DNA of 35,846 nucleotides, from contig NC_068981.1 in the NCBI RefSeq assembly GCF_001194135.2, positions 187,998,563 to 188,034,408 of the forward strand. Reading direction: 5' to 3'. Both the position numbers and the translations under genes were made by a program. Shown piece after piece: positions 11,212-23,490 of this stretch; within the stretch, counting starts at the first letter, position 1, and each line of letters starts with the position of its first letter. The notes beneath the pieces are model-generated. The model was not told the origin of the DNA, searched no databases, and saw nothing but the letters and a program-made list of their open reading frames with translations. The stretch is from Octopus bimaculoides. Lineage: Eukaryota.

Positions 11212-13083
11212 GTATCTGTATAGGAAGATGTCGGGCGTCATTCATATACGCATGCATATAGCATACAAAAACACACTTTCACACTCATGCACAAACACAT
11301 ACACGCACACACGTATTCATGCACTCTAGAAATTCTGTAGAGAGTTACCTCATTTAACTTCCTGCGAAGCCAGCTTTATTTTTATGCCTATATAATACAA
11401 AAAAAAAACATGCATATTACACACATACGCGCGCGCACACACACACACACACACATACACATCCAATACACGCGCTCACATACACACACATGAGCATGTG
11501 TAAATAACGTACATTTACTATTCCATTCCCATTGTTATAATACATTTATGCAAGTGGACGGCTAATTTGTAGCTTTGTATATGCGGCGTTTGAATAAAGA
11601 TATCATTCATAGGATTTCAGGTAACAAAACCTGACTTTATTGCATAAAATGATGCCGTAGAATATCAATACACCATCGCAGATGGTAGAATCTAACCAAA
11701 TGTATTTTCTTTCGATGTATTTTGATATTTTTTTGCAGTATGTGTTATCAGAAATTTGAAGTTGCTTGGACTTCTGTAGGCACTACACACAATAGACGAG
11801 GTACATTGCCTCAGATCTAGGGGAGGAGTGATAAGTTGGGAGCTTCATTTTGTTATTGTTGCTGCTGTTGTTGCTATGCTTAGTCTACGTAGGCATTTGT
11901 TGAGTAGACCTTTGAGTGAATGCGTTTCAGCCAGGAAAACCATTCAGTCTTAGATTTCAGTTTTTATAGGATGGTATGGTATTATTTGATTGACGCTTCT
12001 AGCAGTTTGAGTTACAACTAACAATCGCCTTCGCTGACACGTCAGCTTTTATTTTTTGTTTATTTATTTCTATATTTTGTGAGGTAATGTTTGTGTAATT
12101 ATAGTGAAACGGTTTCATCTACGAATCAAACCTGGGTCATCATCCCTTCTGATTATCACTTTAATTTTTACATCACAGTTTTTTGTAACTTCGGAAGTGA
12201 ATAATGAAGACAGCAATAAGATTGATACGAGAATTACATTTCAGCGAGAGAATTGATAAATTCTATACTTACTTTCGAAATTACTTGGACTCGCTGATAT
12301 GAAATGTTTGCTAAAAATGTAATTACAAACTGCCATCAATAACCACAGTTGTTATTAAATACATTTGCTGCAGTTATCACTAAATATGATTATCGTATAA
12401 TATAATATCCCCCCCCCCNNNNNNNNNNGTCACTTTTTTTTTTGTCTGTGGTTTATCTTACTCTAGAATAGATTTGACTTAGAATGGATGAGGAACACTT
12501 TACAGAAAGTGAATTCACGAATTCGGTATATGCATAAAATATACGAAAACTGTAAGAATCCGTTAAGGCTATATATATAGAATTTGTCAAATTTCATTTT
12601 GATGAAAATTTCTTCATAGAAACTATGTACTCCATTGTCGTCTACATTCTTCATGATGTGAAGTCACGTATCCTAGTGGATACGACGTTGCACTCACAAT
12701 TACTGTAACAGTGGTGTCTAACAATATCCGATAGTCTGGTCAATACCGTGATTATTCATCCTAGTTCTAGTCTTTCAAAGCCCACCTCACAAGACTGACT
12801 TTTCCTTTTCTTTTTTTTTTTTTAGTAGTTCTTTAAGGCTTTAACTCATGGAGAACCTAAATGAAAGATTTTATCATATATTTCCAAGGTGCAGGTTAAC
12901 GACTACATGTTCGTATCAGGTTTGTTCAATGTCCGGTTGAGAATTCCTCGGACGATACTCGTATACTTTTCGGAAATAATGTGTCGAGGAACAGATGGGG
13001 GTGGCTTTTCTGGCAATACGTGTTGGTACTTTTAATATTGGTCACCTGGATCATTGTGGCTGACTATATAGGCTTATACCTGG

Positions 13084-13378
13084 CTCTCCGTCGGTTATGA
13101 TAACGAGGGATCTAGTTGATCCGATTAATGGAACAGCCTGCCCGGAAATTTAACGTGCAAGTGGCTGAGAACTCCACGGTCACTCGTACCTTTAACGTAG
13201 TTCTCAAAGATTCAGCGTGACAGAGAGTGTGACAAGAGTGGCTCTTTGAATTACAAGTACTGAGTGGACTGGAGCAACGTGAAATAGAATGTCTTGCTCA
13301 AAGATGCACCGCGCTGCCTGGAATCGAACTCACTGTTTTACGATTGTGAGCCGAAGATCGTAACAACTAAGCTACGTA
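13084..13378 (-). mobile_element. Chimeric tRNA-SINE: family C-type head with family B-type 3' domain
   Basis: 13084-13250 matches the 3' domain of 27446-27821. 13260-13378 matches the CORE-like/head region of 7811-7995 (B box gagttcgattcc on the minus strand). Confidence 0.75.
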
Positions 13379-13804
13379 CTTCTTAATTTATATATATGAG
13401 CTTATATTTTCTTAATTATTTTCCTCAATATTTTGACGCATTCGAATGGGGCATTTTAGGTAATATATTCAAACGTTTTGATGTAGCGATGATGTTACCT
13501 CATGAAAATTTGGCTCTCACCATAGCAAAATTAATAGAGAACCGCCTCGAGACACCTACTGTTCCTCATATAGACAAAACAAATTATAAAGTTGGCAAGT
13601 TCAATATTTATCATATAAGACATGAAATTATTGCTACATATACAAAGACAGGGTATTTGCTTTATATAGCATTATATATAGTTTCTTCGTGTCGAGAGGC
13701 AATAATTAATATCTTGTCTGCTACTCAATCGAGTTTACATGTCTTCCGTTACGGAGAGGAAATTAAAAATCTTGTGTACCAATATCAACCTGAAACGCTA
13801 GCTA

Positions 13805-13835
<31 letters not shown>

Positions 13836-13850
13836 CATACATACATACAT

Positions 13851-14490
13851 AGGCTTCTCAGACCAGAAAGGAGGAAGCCATTTCGAAGATCACAGATCCA
13901 AGCCATCACTGGAACTGTAAAAATCTGTCAAACTTTCCAGAAGTTTATCATTTAAGTATATATGNNNNNNNNNNNNNNNNNNNNNNNNNNNNNNNNNNNN
14001 NNNNNNNNNNNNNNNNNNNNNNNNNNNNNNNNNNNNNNNNNNNNNNNNNNNNNNNNNNNNNNNNNNNNNNNNNNNNNNNNNNNNNNNNNNNNNNNNNNNN
14101 NNNNNNNNNNNNNNNNNNNNNNNNNNNNNNNNNNNNNNNNNNNNNNNNNNNNNNNNNNNNNNNNNNNNNNNNNNNNNNNNNNNNNNNNNNNNNNNNNNNN
14201 NNNNNNNNNNNNNNNNNNNNNNNNNNNNNNNNNNNNNNNNNNNNNNNNNNNNNNNNNNNNNNNNNNNNNNNNNNNNNNNNNNNNNNNNNNNNNNNNNNNN
14301 NNNNNNNNNNNNNNNNNNNNNNNNNNNNNNNNNNNNNNNNNNNNNNNNNNNNNNNNNNNNNNNNNNNNNNNNNNNNNNNNNNNNNNNNNTGAAGGAGCCT
14401 TGAATCTAGGTTAGAAACTGGTTCTTTCTCTATTGGCAAGAAATCTTCAAATAAACTGAATAATGACTTACATATATACATATATACATA
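13851..14490 (+). mobile_element. 3' end of an RLE-class non-LTR retrotransposon (clade unresolved) flanked by (TACA)n, spanning gap 13965-14389
   Basis: RPERRKPFRRSQIQAITGTVKICQTFQKFII* starts right after (TACA)n 13807-13850. Sequence after the gap ends in a tacatatatacatatatacatac tail. Continuity across the gap is inferred from recalled family structure. Confidence 0.6.
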
Positions 14491-14514
14491 CACTTTCTAT
14501 ATCCTAATTAAAGA

Positions 14515-14700
14515 TTTACATATATGCCAATAATAATAATTGGTGCACTTGGATTTGTAAGTAAATGCCTAAGTGACAGTTCAGATAAGCTTGGAGTCTC
14601 AGAAAAAGAAACCGACCAACACACTTACACGTTACTAATACAATCTGTAAAGGGTATCAGCAAAAATATACAAGTTCAAAATGTAACATTTTGTTTGCGT
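14515..14700 (+). mobile_element. Older RLE LINE C-terminal fragment
   Basis: PIIIIGALGFVSKCL...KLGVSEKE...LLIQSVKG: the same IGALG motif as the RLE ORFs at 5.2 and 6.1 kb, and similar to 13851-13950. Confidence 0.6.
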
Positions 14701-14714
14701 TATTCGCGTTTCAA

Positions 14715-15015
14715 CAACGGAGCACTCCACAGACATGTGTACCCTTAACGTAGTTCTCGGGGATATTCAGCGTGACACAGAGTGTGACAAGGCTGACCCT
14801 TTGAATTACAGGCACAACAGAAACAGGAAGTAAGAGCGAGAGAAAGTTGTAGTGAAAGAGAACAGCAGGGTTCGCCACCATCCCCTGCCGGAGCCTTGTG
14901 GAGCTTTTAGGTGTTTTCGCTCAATAAACACTCACAACGCCTGGTCTTGGAATCGAAAGCGCGATCCTATGACAGCGAGTCCGCTGCCCTAACCACTGGG
15001 CCATTGCGCCTCCAC
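14715..15015 (-). mobile_element. tRNA-derived SINE family B (3'-deleted)
   Basis: Reverse complement of 27446-27740; head gtggaggcgcaatggcccagtggttagggcagcgg. Confidence 0.9.
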
Positions 15016-15035
15016 AAAAATGACTTTAAAAATAC

Positions 15036-15975
15036 GGTAAATATTTCGTAAAAGACCCGTTCGTAACCTCGGTGTAAAATAATTTTTTTCCATAGGTTTT
15101 TTTCAAGTGCATTCAAAGTATCTCACCTCTAAAGGTTTGGCTGCTATTTCTAACACGCCATGCTACCACGTAACAGCTATTTGTGATAAAAGCCCCGAAA
15201 CAGAACGTGCAAGAAATAGCAGCCAACTCTTTCCGTTTGTGGGGAAAGGAGCCGTTTACGCGTGATTTCGATGTCACATTCGTTCAAAGCATGATAAATA
15301 ACCTGGAAAAGAAAAAAGAAGTCACAAAACAAAACTCCGTTGGTGGGAAACTCAGAGTTTCCAGGGAAACTCTGAGGTCCCCACAATTCTTCCCCCCTTT
15401 CTTTTCCGGAACTAAGTGGCTTGTGGTGGGTTTGGATGTGAGATACGTTGAATGCACTCGAAAAAATCCTGTGGAAAAAATTATTTCACACCGAATACGA
15501 ATGGGTCCTTTACGAAATATTTACCCAAGATCGGGACAGGCATACGAATAGAAGGATCGAAGAGACTGGCAAAGCAAAGGCTGAGCTTCTGGGGGAACGG
15601 AAGGAAAGAGACAGAAGCAGAAGAGATCAGGAATCGGACTCTCGGAGAGCTGGACGTCTGGCGAAACAGAAGTTAAAGAGGCAAAAGAGGGTGACGTCAT
15701 GCATCGGGTGCTCATGTGAATACAAACGGAATAAAACTAGCTTTGCGTTAATCGGACCACGGGGTAATGAGATACGCATTTTTTTCGGGTACCTTTATCA
15801 ATCGCCAAACCGGCGTATAATAGGGGAAATGCTTTGAAAGTAAGGACACCATTGAAATATGAATACACACAGAATAACAGAAGTTTCGCGTAAATCGGAA
15901 CAAGGATTCCTGAGATACGCGGTTATTTTGGGCATCTTGAACTATTGGTGCTTCAACGGCTCACGGGTAGTCTAG
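15036..15975 (+). mobile_element. Helitron-like/DNA-transposon composite with ~90-bp inverted arms, STPR-like coding remnant and CTAG|T end
   Basis: Arms 15036-15126 and 15438-15525. A 23-aa periodic peptide at 15526-15699. Two aatcgg...gagatacgc direct repeats at 15740-15930. Ends cgggtagtCTAG|T at 15975. Confidence 0.45.
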
Positions 15976-16126
15976 TATTATGTAATATTACGTGTGTGTG
16001 TATAACAATTCAAAGAACTCGTTGTGCATCCTTAGAAATCTACCAAGTAAACTGTGCCATTGAATTTTGAAAATTGCATGTATGATGTATCGTTCAATAG
16101 AGCAGCCAGCATATACAAATATACAA

Positions 16127-16174
16127 CAATACTCCGGCATCTCGTAATTTCAATACTCCGGCATCTCGTAATTT
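16127..16174. repeat. Perfect 24-bp tandem duplication caatactccggcatctcgtaattt x2
   Basis: Direct reading. Confidence 0.95.
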
Positions 16175-16740
16175 CAAAGAAGCCATTAAATATAATAGAT
16201 GAACACAACCGGCGAGAGAGAAGAGTAGAGAACGACTATGCAATATAATGTTCCAAATTCGGTACATATAACCATTCTCATAAAAGAAACATTTCTTAAG
16301 CTTGTGAGAAAATATTATTCTTGACATACGTACGGGAAAAGGTTTAACACCAAATCGTTTAAAAAGAAAATTACTCTACACCTATGAACAGCAGCGTCAT
16401 TGTAAAATCCATAAATGATTTAAATAAAACAGTAAGACTCGGAAGTGCAAATACTATTCTCTAGCTGTATGTCCAGTAAACGGAAACTGACAGAATGAAT
16501 TTGTTACGTATGCGGCCACTATCACCTCTCATGTTAACACAAATGGTTTTCATTACATAGATATAACAGCAAAGAAAATGTAGGGGCTGACACCATCTAT
16601 ATAATTATATGTTTAGAACATTTCAAAGAAGAATTGATACGAAATTTGTAGGATATTTACGGTTTGGGAAAAATATACTTCTAAGCTAAAAGTTTTAATA
16701 AAGTGCTGCGTAGAGGGTTGGCCAAAATTCCCCTGACAGT

Positions 16741-17216
<476 letters not shown>

Positions 17217-17484
17217 CAAATCAAAATTTCATAAATACTAATATGAAATCCTGTATTGACTCAAATGGAAAAAGGTGTCGCTCAAGAAGGACTTCAGTTT
17301 GAACAATTTTCATGATGTTTCATACTTAGATGCTTTTATTAAATTCCTTCAGTTGTTAAACATAAATAAATCTTGGAATTAAACGGTTTTCATTTACTAT
17401 CAGACGACTTTTCGCCAACCTTGTATATGTGGAATTAAAGATTTTCTGTATGTCGTTGCACTGGAAAACGCTAAGGGTATTCAA

Positions 17485-17790
17485 GATATGCTTATGTAGC
17501 AATGAAATTCGGATTCGGTCCCACTGCGAGGCACGTTCAATAAGTGTTCGCTATTATAATACCGAATCTACAAATCACTTGTGAGTAAATTCGTTTGACA
17601 GAGACTGTGAGTGTGCCTTTGTGTTTATGTTTGTCTCTCACCACTTGACAATCAGTGTTGGTTTGTTTACATCTCCGTAACTTAACTATTTGGCGAGAGG
17701 AGTTGGTACTAAGATTGGTTGTTATCGACGAAATGCTACAAGGCAGTGCGCTAGTATGACTGCAGTCCAATGAATGAAAAAAGTAAACCT
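17485..17790 (+). mobile_element. Degenerate SINE family A
   Basis: ttcggtcccactgcgaggcac...cttgacaatcagtgttggtttgtttacatctccgtaactta...gactgcagtcc. Confidence 0.6.
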
Positions 17791-17975
17791 GTAAATGAGG
17801 TTTGTGTCCTTGCCTGCGCGCGCGCGCATGTGTGTGTGTGTGTGCATAAACGTCTTAGTATATCATATCCGTCTTTGTTTTTGTATATCCGTTTTATACT
17901 ATTCTTTATTTCGCTAAACATGCGAAACTACCTGCTGATGTGAGTGGTATCGCATGCCCCAATAAGAATAACATC

Positions 17976-18055
17976 AGACCACAGTCCTATCCATGAGACC
18001 TCAGTCCTATTCATGAGACCTCAGTCTTATCCATGAGACCGCAGTGTTATTCATA
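17976..18055. repeat. 20-bp minisatellite x4 (agacctcagtcctatccatg)
   Basis: Direct reading of four degenerate units. Confidence 0.9.
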
Positions 18056-18087
18056 CACCTATTCCTTTTAATATTCTTCTCATTTAA

Positions 18088-18303
18088 GGCGACGAGCTGG
18101 TAGAAACGTTAGCACGCCGGGCGAAATTCTTATCGGTATTTCGTTTGTCTTTACGTTTTGAGTTCAAATTCCGCCGAGGTCGACTTTGCTTTTCATCTTT
18201 TCAGGGTCAATAAATTAAGTACCAGTTGTGTACTGGAGTCGATCTAATCGACTGGCCCCTCCCCAAAAAAATTTCGGGCTTTGTTCCCAGAGTATAAAAG
18301 AAT
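18088..18303 (+). mobile_element. Full CORE-type SINE family D with target-site duplication
   Basis: Head gagctggtagaaacgttag...gagttcaaattcc, core tttcatcttttcagggtcaataaattaagtacc, and direct repeat aatattcttctca at 18070-18082 and 18301-18313. Confidence 0.9.
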
Positions 18304-19919
18304 ATTCTTCTCAGTTTCAACTTTATGCAATTTGATTCCCATTTTCCCTTTCCTTCAGTATCTTGCATTTTATTTTAAGATACTGTTCGATCTTTAATCA
18401 ATTTGACAGTAAATTATTCCATTAATAAGCCAATTAGCCAGTGTAGAGAAACACTCTAGGCAACATAGTGGAGAGAGAGAAGTTTCTATGGAATATACAT
18501 TTCTTTTACATTTCCTGTTTTTAGTCACTATTCTCTTCTCCAGTAAAACTGACAGTGACTTCTCTCATCGTTTGTTAATAAACTTCACCAACTGAAAGTG
18601 CGATGCTATAGTTAAACAGTAAACATATATTTAGGCAACAAATTTACTCAGTCGTCAGAGTGTTGGACCATAAAACTGTTCAGCATTTATTGGACTTCCT
18701 ACTTTCATATCTATCTGGACTCATCCTTACTTTTCATCCTTCCGGAGTCGATAAACAAGTACTAATTAAGGGCGGTAGGATGGTGAAATTATTGGATCGA
18801 TGAATAGATGCCTTTAAGACTTTATAGTCTTATGCATCTCAGATAAAATCTGGCTGTGGTCTTCGGACCTAATCCTTGGTTCCATTTAACAATTCTACCT
18901 AGTTTGATGCGTTTTGCAGTGTTCACTTTGTTATAGACATTCGGCCTTAGTCTTCGATTTAAAGATTCTCTCGCTTCCTTTAGTAATTGATGCTTTAAAA
19001 ACGGTCTTGAACACGTCTCTCTTTGCATCAAACTAAACGATCTTAATAGAATATATACAGGTAAATTAAATAGGGATATAATTCATCCATTCATTTTCGC
19101 CGTCCACTAGTAGTTGGAGTAGAGACCTCGTGATTCTGATCCGTGGGGCTCTGCCGGCTGGATTCCCAACTAAGACTATGGATATAATTAAACAATTTCG
19201 ACCTTAGTCTATTTTTAAGTCTGTCAGTTGGCTCGGCTTGAAAAAGCTGTCTTGAGAAGGATTTACAGGAAACACATTCCTTAAATACTTGAATATTTAT
19301 TACATGCAAACGCTTGAACAGGCGCGTACGCACGAGCACACAAACACACACATACACAAACACACGCGCGCTCACACATATGCACACACATACGCACTCA
19401 TGTTTAGCCATTCAGCCGAACACACGAACACATACGCGCGAGTTTTTGAATCCGCGTGCCGGAATGGACGTAAGGGATACAGCAATGACACATGACAAAT
19501 GCATAACGACCGATGCTGCACAAATAATGCAAACTGAATACATGAAAGATTTGTCGCCAAATTTGATTTTAACAACCGACACAGATGGACAGGAAGACAT
19601 TACCCGAGGAGAAGGAAAAGGTGAAAACATTAATACTAAATTGAAGGAATCTCCAACTAATGTTTAAAGTATTATAGACTGTATTTTCCAGTTATGAATT
19701 CACTATTATTTATATTGCTTTCATTCCAATATACAAACATACATACATGCAAACACACACGCATACCCACATACTTACAAACATGCTTAAATGCATGCAT
19801 ATATAGAACCTATATGTACATACATAATATATACATATAGGCAAATCCAAGAACAAAAAAAAAAGCAGGGGGTGGGGAAACAACGAAAATTCAATTGGAC
19901 TTACACAGTGAATGGATAA

Positions 19920-20029
19920 CTAGATAGAAAGAGAGGTGGGGAGATAGGTACATAGATAGATAGCAAGATAGATATATAGATAAATAGATAAACAGATAGA
20001 CAGATGGATGGATAGACAGGCTGATAGAC

Positions 20030-20064
<35 letters not shown>

Positions 20065-20073
20065 CAGATAGAC

Positions 20074-20112
<39 letters not shown>

Positions 20113-20135
20113 CAGACAGATAGGTAGATAGATGA
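19920..20135. repeat. (AGAT)n/(AGAC)n microsatellite
   Basis: Direct reading. Confidence 0.95.
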
Positions 20136-21029
20136 TATAAGGAGAAGTCAAAGAAGCTATTTCGGAGAGGGTCCTACTTTAACGTAACTAAGATAAAACA
20201 TATACTGTATGAATGTAAATGAAAGAGGGCCTTGCATAGAAAAAATTCAAGACTCTTCTGCCATCACGGTACAGCACATAGATTTGATAGTGTGTGTATA
20301 TACATGTATATTTCTGTGCATGCACATTTCTGTGCGTGTGTGCATTTGTGTTTACACACGGATCACTATTGAAGATTTAATAAGAATAAACAAAAAGGTG
20401 CAGAACCAAATGTACCTAGTTCCATGTCCTATTCCTTTGTTCATACGCAGACAATCCGATTAATAATATTTAAAAAAGCTTGGCTTTCTAAATCCACGAT
20501 TGTTGAACTGTATTAACAACCTTCACAGTAGCTGCATTTATATGAAACTTTCTAAGCTTAAGAGTGAAACATAATAGGGTCTCGATTTTATGAAAATAGC
20601 AGCCGAATTTCCTTCAAATTACACCTCACTGCCTTTAAAATCATGAAGGTACATTTTAAAATATCACCTTTAATATCCCTAAAAGAACGAGATGGTCATG
20701 GCTAGAATGTATATGATTACATTTCTGAGCTATTGAACAGGAGCAAAGAACAACAAATGATATTTCAAAGCTCATATATTTAGTACTCTTGAACTAAACA
20801 TGTTGGAAAAGCTACTACGAGGGTAGGATATCTTGCAGAATGTCACTACTCCCGACTACTTAATTATTAATTAAATATTAAAGAGAGTAAGACGCTCAGA
20901 AATGGCGACAGCATCGTGGACTAGTTTGTCTTGAGGTTGTGATGTAGGTGGTGGCTTCAGTGAGCGAAATAAAGAATTGTATAAAACGGATATAAAGAAA
21001 CAAAGACGGATATGATATACTGAGACGTT

Positions 21030-21048
21030 TATGCACACACACACACAA

Positions 21049-21083
<35 letters not shown>

Positions 21084-21262
21084 ACTACGCGCTCACATAC
21101 ACACACATACACGCAGGCAAGCACACAAACATTACGTCTGTAGTAATGTATGAAAGAATATAGAACTCTATATGTATTGTATGTATATATGTGTGTGCGT
21201 GTGTATATATGCATGCGTGTGTGTATATACGAATATACATGCATATGCTTATATATCATTTG

Positions 21263-21310
<48 letters not shown>

Positions 21311-21403
21311 TTCTAGGCATGTTTATATGTGTAAATAATAAAATGTAACATGATTACATATGATTGATAACTAATATATATATATATATATTTATATCAT
21401 ATA

Positions 21404-21439
<36 letters not shown>

Positions 21440-21849
21440 CATGTGTGTATGTATTTATGTATGTGTGTATATGTATGAACGAATGTGTATGTGTGCATAA
21501 CTGTTTGACTTCTATTCAAGTTTTGTAATCTCTATATACTGAGAAAGAAAAATTTGCACAATTGAGGAATTATAAAACGGGAAGGGATTTAAAGAGCGTG
21601 CTAATAGCGTGCGAGTTGTCATAGAAACTGTTGCCAAGAGAAACTAGACATCCTTGTCAATTGCTGCAATATTCTGTAGTCTGTTGTGTTGCAGCAGTTA
21701 ATGTGACAATGACAGAGTTTGCGCTCCTGTGTTGGCATTCTTGTAAATGTGCGACGACGAGACTTAGTTTTAGAAATAGTTAATCGCTGATAACTTACAA
21801 CCGTAGACTGCAATATACATTCCTATACACACATATATATACAATATGT

Positions 21850-21938
<89 letters not shown>

Positions 21939-22016
21939 GATTACGCCAATATTTTTAATTGTAACTATATTTATGTGTTTGTGATGTGTCTATCTATCTA
22001 TCTATCTATCTGCTTG

Positions 22017-22054
<38 letters not shown>

Positions 22055-22260
22055 TGTCTGTCTGTCTGTCTGACTGTCTGTATGTATGTATCTATCTATC
22101 TATCTATCTATCTGTATGTCTATATGTCTGCCTGACTGTCTGTCTGTCTGTCTATTTATCTACCTATCTATTTATGTTTGTCTGTCTATACGTACATACA
22201 TACATACATACATACATACACACATACGTACATACATGCAAATATACAAATATATACATA
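21030..22260. repeat. Compound microsatellite field: (CA)n, (TG)n, (TA)n, (TATC)n, (TGCC)n, (TGTC)n, (TACA)n, with a unique island at ~21480-21840
   Basis: Direct reading. Confidence 0.9.
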
Positions 22261-22264
22261 TATA

Positions 22265-23141
22265 CACAGGAGTGGCTGTGTGGTAAAAAGCTAGCTTCTC
22301 AACCACATGCTTCCGGGTTCAGTCCCACTGCGGAGCATCTTGGGCAAGTGTTTTCTTGTATAGTCTTGGGCCAACCAAAGCCTTGTGTGTGGATTTGTTA
22401 GAGGGAAACCGAAAGAAACCCTTCCTGTATATATATAGAGAGACTTCGATATTATGTAAATACTGGAATTTATCTGTAAATATAATATGTGTAGCCATGA
22501 TAAAACTCCGAGTTTCGGATATCAGGGCGGAAACCTACGCCGGTATCTCTTATCGGGCCATCAAAAAAAAAAAAAAAAAAAATGCTATGAAAATGATCGT
22601 TAAACAAAGGGAAATTACTGTATGATTGACCGTTATTAAGACAAAAGAGCTATTAGAATGACCGCTAAGTAAGGGAGTAAAAAAGTCCATGGCAACCGCG
22701 AAAGCACGATTGTGCATTGCTATGAAGATTTTTACTCCCTTACCTTTACTCCTTCCTCTTAGCGGTCATTCTAATAGCTCTTTTGTCCTATTAACGGTCC
22801 CACAGTAATTTTCCTTTGTTAAACCATCATTTTCATAGCATTTTATTTTTATGGCCCGTTAACTAAAGAGATGCTGACGTGGGTTTCCGCCCCGACATCC
22901 GAAACTCGGAGTTTTATCAAGGCTACCGAATAATTGTCACATATTATGTTTATGTGTGTGTGTGTGTGTGTGTGGTATTTGTGTCTGTGCTTGTCTCCCA
23001 CCATCGCTTGACAACCGATGTTGGTGTGTTTACGTCCCCGTAACCTAGCAGTTCGGCAAAAGATACCGACAGAGTAAATGCTAGGCTTACAAAAAATAAG
23101 TCCTGGGGTCGATTTCTTCGACTAAAGGCAGTGCTCCAGCA
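22265..23141 (+). mobile_element. SINE family A split into a 5' half (22265-22437) and a 3' half (22950-23141) by an insertion
   Basis: Both halves are collinear and on the same strand, and break at the internal (TA)n/(TG)n tract. Confidence 0.85.
22491..22926. mobile_element. Foldback/MITE-like palindromic element (~200-bp arms, ~21-nt loop)
   Basis: gtagccatgataaaactccgagtttcggat... pairs with ...atccgaaactcggagttttatcaaggctac. Pairing continues inward to taagggagtaaaaaagtccatggcaa / ttgctatgaagatttttactccctta. Confidence 0.9.
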
Positions 23142-23280
23142 TAATATTATGTTACATGTAACATTTATCTATTTATCTAGCATATCACAATCATGCGTGC
23201 GCGCGCAGAATTGTGTACAACTCTGCCTGTCTCAGGGTCTTATGTTTTAGTTTAATTTCCTAATACTCGTCAATTTAGAG

Positions 23281-23490
23281 TGAAGGGATGTAGTCTGGTA
23301 ATTAGGCCGTTTTGATCACGATTATTACGTTGTGAGTTCGATTCTTGGGCTAGGTGATGTGAATACGTGACTTCACTTCAGGGTCTTCACCGCCGTTTTC
23401 ACTAAAACGGATATCGGCTACAGCCGATGGTTAACCTGTGCAACGGATTAGCATCCCATTCGAGAGGTAATTTCCTGCTCTCAGTTGCTT
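23281..23490 (+). mobile_element. Degenerate tRNA-derived SINE
   Basis: A-box-like gtagtctggtaattagg, B box gagttcgattct, and 3' aacctgtgcaacggattagcatcccattc. Confidence 0.45.

Noticed and set aside
14390-14430. tgaagga-gcct...aggt-tagaaactggtt as hammerhead-like
   Set aside because: The core does not match CUGANGA and the upstream part lies in the gap; treated as LINE 3'UTR.
17976-18055. Regularly spaced repeats as a possible CRISPR array (also 24317-24392)
   Set aside because: Head-to-tail tandem units without unique spacers, in a eukaryotic context with no cas genes.
23149-23164. Perfect 16-bp palindrome atgttacatgtaacat just past the truncated SINE end
   Set aside because: Short and AT-rich; one such palindrome in 36 kb is weak evidence of function.
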